From Alphaproteobacteria bacterium (GTDB lineage Bacteria > Pseudomonadota > Alphaproteobacteria > UBA9219), in contig JAVEZQ010000006.1 in the NCBI GenBank assembly GCA_034002905.1, positions 8,337 through 72,336 on the forward strand: 64,000 nucleotides of DNA, read 5' to 3'. A model generated the notes under the pieces. It had not been told where the DNA came from. It ran no database searches and saw nothing but the letters and a program-made list of their open reading frames with translations. Position numbers and translations under genes: made by a program. Position 1 is the stretch's first letter, and every line of letters begins with the position of its first letter. Shown piece by piece: positions 53,656 through 61,095 of this stretch.

Positions 53656-54435
53656 ATGACGCCTTCTTCCAAACCACCTGTACCAAACAAGCAAACTGGG
53701 GATGTTGCTCATGTTTCTGGCAAATCGGCGCCGATAAAAAACGGTGAGCAGATAAAGATAAAAACGTCGAAGGTGAAGGAAACAGCACATCGCGCTTTCT
53801 TTTTCTTTCGGGATGATCCGCCGCCACGATCGCAGCAAATTGACGAACATGACGCACACTTACAAATGGAGCGAATAGGTCGTTTGATCAACCGCCAATC
53901 GACAGTTATCGTCGGGTTGATTATCCTTGTGATCACATTGACGCCTTTATTGCATCCGATCCAAAATTACAAGGCACGCAATCCGGATGGGAAGATTACC
54001 GGTCTTGTTCCCCTTATGGAGCCGAACCAGACGGATCAGGCCATATTGTCGTGGGCGGCAACGACGATTACCGAAGTCATGACTTTTGGGTTCGGTGATA
54101 TTGATACGCGTGTTTTGTCCCAGAAAAGCCGGTTTACCGGTGAGGGGTGGGACAGCTTTTTAGAGGCGTTTCGCAAGGAAAGAACTCGTGAAGGCTTTAA
54201 ATCCTCCCAGCTTGTTTTGACCACTGTCCCCACGGATGTTCCTGTTATAACCAAAAAGGGCTTGGATAAAGATGGGGATTATCAGTGGGTTGTTGAGATG
54301 CCTGTGATTATGACCCATACAACGAATGATCGGGTTTCTTCGGTTAGAAAAAGCATCATTCGCTTAACGATCGTCAAGGTTCCTCCTCGCCACAATGTCC
54401 GGGGGATTGGTATCAAACTGTGGTACCAGAAATAG
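53656..54435 (+). CDS. Second IcmL/DotI-family paralog with a ~70-aa basic N-terminal extension
   Basis: 259 aa. The periplasmic domain aligns by eye with the first copy: ILSWAATTITEVMTFGFGDIDTRV...GEGWDSFLEAFR against VIAWAAGKAQEVMRFGYSDFRQRL...PTGWESFTKAMR. It starts 5 nt after the icmL stop. Confidence 0.75.
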   Translation: MTPSSKPPVPNKQTGDVAHVSGKSAPIKNGEQIKIKTSKVKETAHRAFFFFRDDPPPRSQQIDEHDAHLQMERIGRLINRQSTVIVGLIILVITLTPLLHPIQNYKARNPDGKITGLVPLMEPNQTDQAILSWAATTITEVMTFGFGDIDTRVLSQKSRFTGEGWDSFLEAFRKERTREGFKSSQLVLTTVPTDVPVITKKGLDKDGDYQWVVEMPVIMTHTTNDRVSSVRKSIIRLTIVKVPPRHNVRGIGIKLWYQK

Positions 54436-54679
54436 GGTTTTGAATATGGGTTGTTTCTGAAGCAGGATCGCGGGGCATTATAACATGGTTAATGAAAATG
54501 ATAGGAATATCATAATCTTGACGTTATCAAGCCTGTATGAAATATGAAGAACTAGGTGGCGCAACTTGTCTCATAAACTTAATGTTAAGATTGTTTTGGT
54601 GAAAGAGATGAGGATTATCTGGTGTCCGTGTAAACTGATTCGGGGATGTCGTTTGTTTAGTCGCATTAAACAGAATATC

Positions 54680-55783
54680 ATGATGACAACTGTTCTGGGA
54701 ACGGTTGTTGGTGTTTGCCTTTGCGCTGCCACGATGCCGATGGCCATGGCACAAGAGTCTCCACCTTCTCTTTCCGATGCTGTGAAAGCTTCGCTTGCGG
54801 CTGCGACGGCGGTCCCGAAAACCAAAAAGGAAAAAGCGGCTGAGGAAAAAGCGGCTGAAGAACCCGTTGACGGGGGAATTAATTTGCCTGTCACAAATGG
54901 AGATTTACTTGCCGACCAGCTAGAGATGGAAAGACAGGCGCAGGAAGCCGCTGAACGTGCTGCTGAAGAGGAAGCGCAACGCGAGCTGGAACATAATCGC
55001 AAATCATACAAAAAAGCTTCACAGGGTCTTTTGCCATTGTCGCCGGATCAGGTCCGCGATTTCATGAATCGCCTTGAAACAACGCAGGAAGCCGCTCTTC
55101 CGCCACATGCAGGCACTCCGAAAGGGGAGGTCAAGGTTGTGAATCTTTCGTTGGATCCCGGGGTCCAGCCTCCACAGATCAATCTCGCCGCCGGTTATGT
55201 GACGACGATCGATATTATTGATCAGACGGGTGAGCCTTGGCCTATTTTGGATGTTGGCATTGGGGGCAATTTTGAAGTGACGCCGACGCAGGCTGGCTCC
55301 CACGTTGTGCGTGTTGTGCCCTTGAACCGGTATGGGACGGGAAATCTGTCCGTTTTGCTCAAGGGTCTTTCGACCCCTGTTATTTTCAAGCTATCAGCAG
55401 GCGGGCAGAAATATCATATGCGTTTTGACGCCCGCATTCCCAAGCTTGGTCCCAATGCCAAAGCCCCTCTGATCGAGCATCGTCGTCCGTGGCCTATCGC
55501 CGGGGACAAGATTATCATGATGTTCCTTGAGAACGCCCCTCCGGCCGATGCCAAGCGGTTGTCCGTCGGTGGCGTGGATGCCCGTACAATGGCGTGGCAG
55601 CTTAATGATCGGGTTTATGTTCGTACGCCTCTGTCTCTTTTGTCTCCGGCCTGGAATGCAAGTGCGTCATCGGCCGATGGCATGACCGTCTATGAAATTG
55701 GCGATGCGCCAGTTTTGCTGATGTCAGACAATGGTGCTATGGTAAGGGCGCGTCTTATGCGGGAAGATACTCATGACAAATAA
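54680..55783 (+). CDS. icmK: T4BSS outer-membrane core protein IcmK/DotH (TraN family)
   Basis: An ATG at 54680 gives the signal peptide MMTTVLGTVVGVCLCAATMPMAMA. The conserved block reads NLSLDPGVQPPQINLAAGYVTTIDIIDQTGEPWPI...YGTGNLSVLLKGLSTPVIFKL...RFDARIPKLGPNA. Confidence 0.88.
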   Translation: MMTTVLGTVVGVCLCAATMPMAMAQESPPSLSDAVKASLAAATAVPKTKKEKAAEEKAAEEPVDGGINLPVTNGDLLADQLEMERQAQEAAERAAEEEAQRELEHNRKSYKKASQGLLPLSPDQVRDFMNRLETTQEAALPPHAGTPKGEVKVVNLSLDPGVQPPQINLAAGYVTTIDIIDQTGEPWPILDVGIGGNFEVTPTQAGSHVVRVVPLNRYGTGNLSVLLKGLSTPVIFKLSAGGQKYHMRFDARIPKLGPNAKAPLIEHRRPWPIAGDKIIMMFLENAPPADAKRLSVGGVDARTMAWQLNDRVYVRTPLSLLSPAWNASASSADGMTVYEIGDAPVLLMSDNGAMVRARLMREDTHDK

Positions 55784-57248
55784 TACAGACGAATTTGATC
55801 AGGAACAGTTTGAAGCCGTGGACGCGCAGTCCGAGGAAGAGAACAACTTTGCCCCGCGTCAAAACGGCTGGGACGCATGGCGAAACAAACCTGTCGTCAA
55901 GCTGCTTGTGATCATGACAATTGTCGGTGTTGCGCTGGCCGGCGCCTTAGGGGTTTTTTCAGAAGAAAAGAAAACGGACTTTTCAAAAGTCGCAGAGGTG
56001 CCTCGCTTGAACCAACCCCCCGGTGGTACGGCGACACAGTTCTTTATCGAACAGAACGAACAAGCTAATACCGAACGAGCACAGAAGGCACTAACAGTCG
56101 GGGGGAGTTCTCTTCCTACGCCTGCCGGACGTGATATAACGGAACTTCTTGATAAGAAAAAGGACCCCATGGTCGAGTTCCGTGCTGAAACGGAGCGCTT
56201 GAAGAAAGAATTTGAGGCAGAGCAACGCCGTAATGCACAGCGTGTTCAGATGCTTGAGCAGAAGGTCCAGCAAAAGAGGGGCGGACCGCAGCAAGATGAT
56301 TCTTTGGCCAAGGCCATGCAAAAGCAAATGCAGGAAATGATGGAATACTGGGCGCCCAAGGGGATGAAAGCTGTGGCTGGCGTTGCGCCTAATGAAGAGA
56401 CGAAAGTTCAAAACTGCGAAGGATGCGAGGCAAAGGTCGAGCAGGCCTCTTTCAACAAGATGACAGCGCCAAAGGTTATGGTTCCTGCTGGGACTGTTAA
56501 TTACATGCAGTTGCTGACTGAGGCGAACTCTGATGTACCGGGTCCTATTTTGGCTCAAATCTTGTCCGGCCCTCTCGCGGGCGGTCGTGCAATCGGTACC
56601 TTTCAGGTTATGAACGACTATCTTGTCATGAACTTTAGTAGCGTTAGCTATAAGGGTAAGAACTATGCCATCAGCGGCTTAGCTCTGGATCCCGACACGA
56701 CCTTAGGCGGCATGGCAACAGAAGTTGACCATCGCTATTTTGTTCGTGTTCTCCTTCCGGCAGCGGCCTCATTTGTAAGTGCTTTCGGTAATACGTTGGC
56801 CGACACTGATACGACGACTACGGTTTCGGACAATGCTGTTCTGGTGGATCAATCCAGAAAAGGGACAAAAGAAGCCATTTATGCCGGTATTGGATCTGTT
56901 GGTCAGACCATGTCTCAGTTCTTTAGGGACGAGGCAAATAGAACCAAGACCTTGGTACGCGTTGCCGTGGGCACGCCGATGGGCCTTTTCTTTACATCGC
57001 CGGTTTATGAAAACGGAACGCGTTACAAAGGTGCCGAAGAACTGGCTGGTGAACAGCAGGCAGTCCCGAGCGCTTTGATGCAGCAACCCTATTATCCTCG
57101 GGGCGTCGCAACGTCTGCACAGCAGGGCCCCTATCCTGCAGCCGTGATGCAGCCTTATGCTAATACTCCCTATGGGGCAACTACATCGGGATATGGGCTA
57201 ACGCAAAGTCAAAGGAATATGATTAACTCATTGACTTCAGGCCAATAG
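55773..57248 (+). CDS. icmE: T4BSS core protein IcmE/DotG (VirB10/TrbI-like C-terminal domain)
   Basis: 491 aa with an N-terminal TM helix (LLVIMTIVGVALAGALGVF), a coiled-coil region and a TrbI/VirB10-like C-terminus (VPAGTVNYMQLLTEANSDVPGPILAQILSGPLAGGRAIG...). It overlaps icmK by 11 nt. Confidence 0.82.
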   Translation: MTNNTDEFDQEQFEAVDAQSEEENNFAPRQNGWDAWRNKPVVKLLVIMTIVGVALAGALGVFSEEKKTDFSKVAEVPRLNQPPGGTATQFFIEQNEQANTERAQKALTVGGSSLPTPAGRDITELLDKKKDPMVEFRAETERLKKEFEAEQRRNAQRVQMLEQKVQQKRGGPQQDDSLAKAMQKQMQEMMEYWAPKGMKAVAGVAPNEETKVQNCEGCEAKVEQASFNKMTAPKVMVPAGTVNYMQLLTEANSDVPGPILAQILSGPLAGGRAIGTFQVMNDYLVMNFSSVSYKGKNYAISGLALDPDTTLGGMATEVDHRYFVRVLLPAAASFVSAFGNTLADTDTTTTVSDNAVLVDQSRKGTKEAIYAGIGSVGQTMSQFFRDEANRTKTLVRVAVGTPMGLFFTSPVYENGTRYKGAEELAGEQQAVPSALMQQPYYPRGVATSAQQGPYPAAVMQPYANTPYGATTSGYGLTQSQRNMINSLTSGQ

Positions 57249-57270
57249 TTGACAAAGTAGGGAAGAAATA

Positions 57271-57299
57271 AAAAAGGCCGCAAGTATGCGGCCTTTTTT
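57271..57299 (+). terminator. Rho-independent terminator after icmE
   Basis: The sequence aaaaaggccgca-agta-tgcggcctttttt forms a 7-bp GC-rich stem followed by T6. Confidence 0.8.
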
Positions 57300-57459
57300 C
57301 ATCTGGTGGACAGGGGCAACAATTTGCTTCAATCTTTTTGTGAAATGTTTTAGCTTTCGGGAGCTTTGGTTAATTGCTTGGCCTTTGGCATATATTTCCT
57401 TCGTTTCGGCGCGAGGAGTTCTGTGATTGTCATATCAGGCGGGTTAAAGGGAGATAGTG

Positions 57460-58917
57460 ATGAGCGATAAGGAAAATGGAGAGGAATTAGACTTGGCTGC
57501 AGGGGAAGAGACCCTTTCGCCGGATGCCCAATCCGAGGCTGAAGCCTGGCATGAAAATTTGCCTCCCGAAGATGATTTTCAGGATCAAACGGATTTCAGT
57601 GAAGATTCTGTCGACGAAGATACGTTATCGGATTCGGAAATGCCTTTGGATCAGGAAGGCAAACGGCGAGGACGTAACGTGTTTCTTGCCGCCATCGTTG
57701 TTGGCTTTGTTGTTCTTGGGGCTTTTGTTTATCTTCAGTTTACCCCTAAAGCCTCGACGACGGGCAGTTTCCAGCCCATCGCTTCTGTCTTGAGTGTTAA
57801 GGATATTAACAAGCCTATCGCGCCGACAAAACCAAGCACAGAAAATGAAGAGAGCATTCCCGGGCTGTCCGGCAAAACAGAGCGCGTTGATATGATCTCG
57901 CTTTATCAGGCCGCCAAGAGCAAAGGCCCTCAGCCTTCTGCCACGGCCCTTCCGATGCTGAAAGAGGAAGGCCAAGAATCTGACAAGCAGAAGAGCGAGG
58001 AGATACAAATATCTTCTATCGTTGCGGGCAATGACGTTATCACCCAAGATGATAAAAAGCAGTCTGATCTCGATCAACTTCACAAGGCCGCACAAGACGG
58101 TATTATCGCTCAGAAGACCGAGAATACATCGTCGCCCAAGAAGGAACCTTCTTTGGCCCAGAAAAAAGAAGTCACGCCAGCAATTGAAGCTGTTGAGTCT
58201 CAGCCCGCGGCGCCGACTCCTTCACAAGCCCAAGGAACGGTCACCGCGCCCATGCCTGACGCTGTGGTACAAGACAGCCTCCCTGCAAAGGACGGAGCCC
58301 TTTTGTTAAAGGCTGTAGAAAAGCCTTTGTCTTCTTCACCTGTCGTGGACGAGGCGCAGGCCAAGCGAACGGAAGCCGCTGAAAAACGTCTTAAAGAGAT
58401 GGAATCCCAAATGGATGCGCTTCAAAAATCCTTGGCTGAAGCTAACGAAAGAAATGCCCAGCTGGTGTCCAAGCTTGAAACTGTCAGCGCCAAACCGGTC
58501 TTGGCCGCTGCCGACCTAAAGTCGGATACAAAGGAAGTCGCTGGCTCCACCGCATCAGCGCCAGCCAAGAAGCCTGCCCCAGAGGTTACAGCTGAAGAGG
58601 TGAAGTCGTCTTCTACGGCCCAGACCAAGCCGGCTGTGAAAGCAACAACCAGCAAAAAGACGGCCAAAAAGAAAGAAACGAAAACCGCAGCCACCAAGAC
58701 AGGCTTGGCAAATAAAGCGGAAAAACAAAAGGTTAGTAATGTCTGGGTCTTGCGGGCGGTGACGCCGGATGCAGCCTGGATTGCCACAAGCCCTGTTGAT
58801 CCTGAATTGCGCCAGATCGCTATCGGCGAAGAGGCCCCTGGGATCGGGGTTGTCAAAGAGATAACTCGCAAGGGCGAGGCGTGGCAGGTTGTAGGTGAAA
58901 AAGGCGTTATAAAGTAA
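57460..58917 (+). CDS. icmG: T4BSS core protein IcmG/DotF-like, expanded
   Basis: 485 aa. It has an acidic N-terminus, one TM helix (VFLAAIVVGFVVLGAFVYLQF) and a ~330-aa low-complexity/coiled-coil linker. The conserved C-terminal beta domain reads VWVLRAVTPDAAWIATSPVDPELRQIAIGEEAPGIGVVKEI...GEKGVIK. Its position between icmE and icmC matches Legionella. Confidence 0.7.
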   Translation: MSDKENGEELDLAAGEETLSPDAQSEAEAWHENLPPEDDFQDQTDFSEDSVDEDTLSDSEMPLDQEGKRRGRNVFLAAIVVGFVVLGAFVYLQFTPKASTTGSFQPIASVLSVKDINKPIAPTKPSTENEESIPGLSGKTERVDMISLYQAAKSKGPQPSATALPMLKEEGQESDKQKSEEIQISSIVAGNDVITQDDKKQSDLDQLHKAAQDGIIAQKTENTSSPKKEPSLAQKKEVTPAIEAVESQPAAPTPSQAQGTVTAPMPDAVVQDSLPAKDGALLLKAVEKPLSSSPVVDEAQAKRTEAAEKRLKEMESQMDALQKSLAEANERNAQLVSKLETVSAKPVLAAADLKSDTKEVAGSTASAPAKKPAPEVTAEEVKSSSTAQTKPAVKATTSKKTAKKKETKTAATKTGLANKAEKQKVSNVWVLRAVTPDAAWIATSPVDPELRQIAIGEEAPGIGVVKEITRKGEAWQVVGEKGVIK

Positions 58918-58940
58918 CGTGCTTTGGTAGCCTAACGAGA

Positions 58941-58971
58941 AAAAAAGGGGGGCGTTTGCCTCCCTTTTTTT
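58941..58971 (+). terminator. Rho-independent terminator after icmG
   Basis: The sequence aaaaaaggggggc-gttt-gcctcccttttttt forms a 7-bp stem with one G-U pair, followed by T7. Confidence 0.7.
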
Positions 58972-59064
58972 CTTGAAATTAAACAGGTTTTTAATTGTTT
59001 GGGTCACAATGAGTGTGAGATACTGTCCATAGGACATTTTAGACAAATTGATTGGAGATTTGAG

Positions 59065-60069
59065 ATGTCATCGCAACTCAAGCTCGCCGGCACGGCCATT
59101 AAGCGCGTATTGACAAAAAAGACCGGACTTAACGGCGCCTTTTTACTTTCCATTCTTGTTTTCGCGGCATGGCCATCTTCTGCTTGGGCTTTTGAATATG
59201 TGGCCGCGACATTGGGCGGTATTATTTGTAATGCGAGATTTTCTTCGGAGGCTTACCCGCATTTTATGGCGGCGCTTGCCTATATTATGGGGGCCATATT
59301 AATCCTTCGTGGCGGCTTGTCGATGAAGCGTGCAAGCGACAGCCCTCAAAATTCACCGGTGATCCCGGTTGCCCAAATGATTGGCGGCGCTTTTTTGATT
59401 TCGCTGCCTATTGCCGTTGGCATGATGCAACGTACGATTTTCGGTGATGTCGGTGCGGGCAGTCCGGCCATGTGTAATTTCGATAATCCGCCAAACAATG
59501 GGCAATTGGGCCTTGATGTCATGGCTCGCAATTTTGTGAGCAACATCCACTCTCCGATCTTTAGCCTGCTTTCCGTGCTCTGTTATGGCATCGGCACTTT
59601 TTATATTCTGGCCGGTCTTTTAAAAGCTTCAAGAACAGGGACAGATCCACGTGCGTCTTCCCCTAAGGATATCATAACCTATTTGGTCATAGGGGCCCTT
59701 CTGGTCACCATTGGCGGCTCGATCTCGATGATCCTCAGGACGTTGTTTGGTGATGGCGGAGATATGGCAAACATGTCGCAAGATTTTGTCGGCGTCAACT
59801 GGCTGCCGATTGTCGGGAGTGGCGCAGACACCGATGCCATGGATGACACGATTCGGTCCTTATTGGCCTTTGTCCAAATCGTGGGCGGCATCGCCTTTGT
59901 TCGCGGCTGGATGCTGTTGAAGGCGGCGGTTGAAGGGGCGCCGGCCAAGACGGCTCAGGCGATCACTCATATTGTCGGGGGGGCGATGGCCATTAATATC
60001 AACCAGATGCTGGTTGTTTTTGATAATACTTTTGGGACGAACATCCTGAATTCATGGGGGGATGGTTAG
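59065..60069 (+). CDS. icmC: IcmC/DotE-like polytopic membrane protein built from three IcmD-like hairpin modules
   Basis: 334 aa from the ATG at 59065, with GGAGA upstream. It contains three repeats of [TM helix, G.L.(L/M)K + polar loop, TM helix, ..FG]: ...ILILRGGLSMKRASDSPQNSP...RTIFG; ...FYILAGLLKASRTGTDPRASSP...RTLFG; ...IAFVRGWMLLKAAVEGAPAKTAQ...NTFG. It is in the icmC position. Confidence 0.65.
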   Translation: MSSQLKLAGTAIKRVLTKKTGLNGAFLLSILVFAAWPSSAWAFEYVAATLGGIICNARFSSEAYPHFMAALAYIMGAILILRGGLSMKRASDSPQNSPVIPVAQMIGGAFLISLPIAVGMMQRTIFGDVGAGSPAMCNFDNPPNNGQLGLDVMARNFVSNIHSPIFSLLSVLCYGIGTFYILAGLLKASRTGTDPRASSPKDIITYLVIGALLVTIGGSISMILRTLFGDGGDMANMSQDFVGVNWLPIVGSGADTDAMDDTIRSLLAFVQIVGGIAFVRGWMLLKAAVEGAPAKTAQAITHIVGGAMAININQMLVVFDNTFGTNILNSWGDG

Positions 60070-60133
60070 GGGTTGGTGAAGAGCAGAGAAAAGCTGTTAT
60101 TTAATCAATAAACAGCACAAATTTTAGGTGAAA

Positions 60134-60148
60134 TTAATATCTTGTTAA
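60134..60148 (+). promoter_or_regulatory. TTAA-N7-TTAA box (CtrA-type / PmrA-type response-regulator site) upstream of icmD
   Basis: The sequence is ttaa-tatcttg-ttaa. The first half, TTAATATc, also matches the Legionella/Coxiella PmrA half-site TTAATATT. It lies about 160 nt upstream of the icmD ATG, inside a 239-nt AT-rich spacer. Confidence 0.4.
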
Positions 60149-60308
60149 GGGAGTGGAGCGAGAATTTATAGTAGGTTGGAAAATAAAGGGTTATCCCTCG
60201 AAACTAATTAGAAAATATTGATTTTGGGGTTTCTCAGGACTTAGTGTGGTGATATAGGAAGCTAGGCAAGAATTAATCAGTTGTGTAATATCCAGTAGGA
60301 GGAAGGCC

Positions 60309-60689
60309 ATGAAAACAGCAATGATAGACAAAATCGTCAAGTTTGGCGTCTTGTCGGCGATAATCGCCGTCGCGGTGCCTGAAATGTCTTTTGCCGAAGA
60401 TACGCTCGGTGCTGCGATCAACAACATTCGTACGGAAGAAATGCAGGCTGTGCCTGATACGGTGGCGGCGGTTGCCTATATCATCGGTGCGGTATTGGTT
60501 GTATCCGGCGCTTTGAGCTTGAAGAAGCATGCCGAGAGCCCCGCTCAGGAAAATATGGGCAAAGGCATCGGTCGTCTCGCCGCTGGCGGTGCGATCATTG
60601 GTTTGCCGGCTTTGACCGATTTCATCAGAAATTCGGCACACGTCGGTGGTGATAATGTTGCGTTCACCCCCTTCGATGCAACGTTTTAA
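60309..60689 (+). CDS. icmD: IcmD/DotP-like small membrane protein, copy 1
   Basis: 126 aa. It has a signal peptide ending MSFA, then two TM helices joined by the loop LSLKKHAESPAQENMG (compare Legionella IcmD KFKQHKDNPTQ). A GGAGGAAGG Shine-Dalgarno is present. Confidence 0.75.
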   Translation: MKTAMIDKIVKFGVLSAIIAVAVPEMSFAEDTLGAAINNIRTEEMQAVPDTVAAVAYIIGAVLVVSGALSLKKHAESPAQENMGKGIGRLAAGGAIIGLPALTDFIRNSAHVGGDNVAFTPFDATF

Positions 60690-60711
60690 TTTACAATCAA
60701 GAGGAAGCAAA

Positions 60712-61080
60712 ATGATGGATAAAATTGTAAAGTTTGGTTTGTTGTCAGCGATTATCGCTGTCGCAATGCCTGAGCTGACATTTGCAGATGACTCGCTTGG
60801 TGCTGCGATCAACTCGGTGCGTACGGAAGAAATGCAGGCTGTGCCTGATACGGTGGCGGCGGTTGCCTATATCGTCGGTGCGGTTTTGGTCGTATCCGGC
60901 GCTTTGAGCTTGAAGAAGCACGCCGAGAGCCCTGCTCAGGAAAATATGGGCAAAGGCATCGGTCGTCTTGCCGCTGGCGGTGCGATCATTGGCTTGCCGG
61001 CTTTGACCGAGTTCATCAGAAATTCGGCGCACGTCGGTGGTGATAATGTTGCGTTCACCCCCTTCGATGCAGCGTTCTAA
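60712..61080 (+). CDS. icmD: IcmD/DotP-like small membrane protein, copy 2 (tandem duplicate)
   Basis: 122 aa from the ATG at 60712, with AGAGGAAG upstream. The mature part differs from copy 1 at only 7 residues. The track ORF start at 60646 overlaps copy 1. Confidence 0.75.
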   Translation: MMDKIVKFGLLSAIIAVAMPELTFADDSLGAAINSVRTEEMQAVPDTVAAVAYIVGAVLVVSGALSLKKHAESPAQENMGKGIGRLAAGGAIIGLPALTEFIRNSAHVGGDNVAFTPFDAAF

Positions 61081-61095
61081 GTTGCTGAGTTGCTG

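Noticed and set aside
58979-58994. TTAA-N8-TTAA upstream of icmC
   Set aside because: The spacing is 8 rather than the canonical 7 for CtrA/PmrA-type boxes. With N7 the second half-site would be TTTA. It is mentioned only as context for the better site at 60134-60148.
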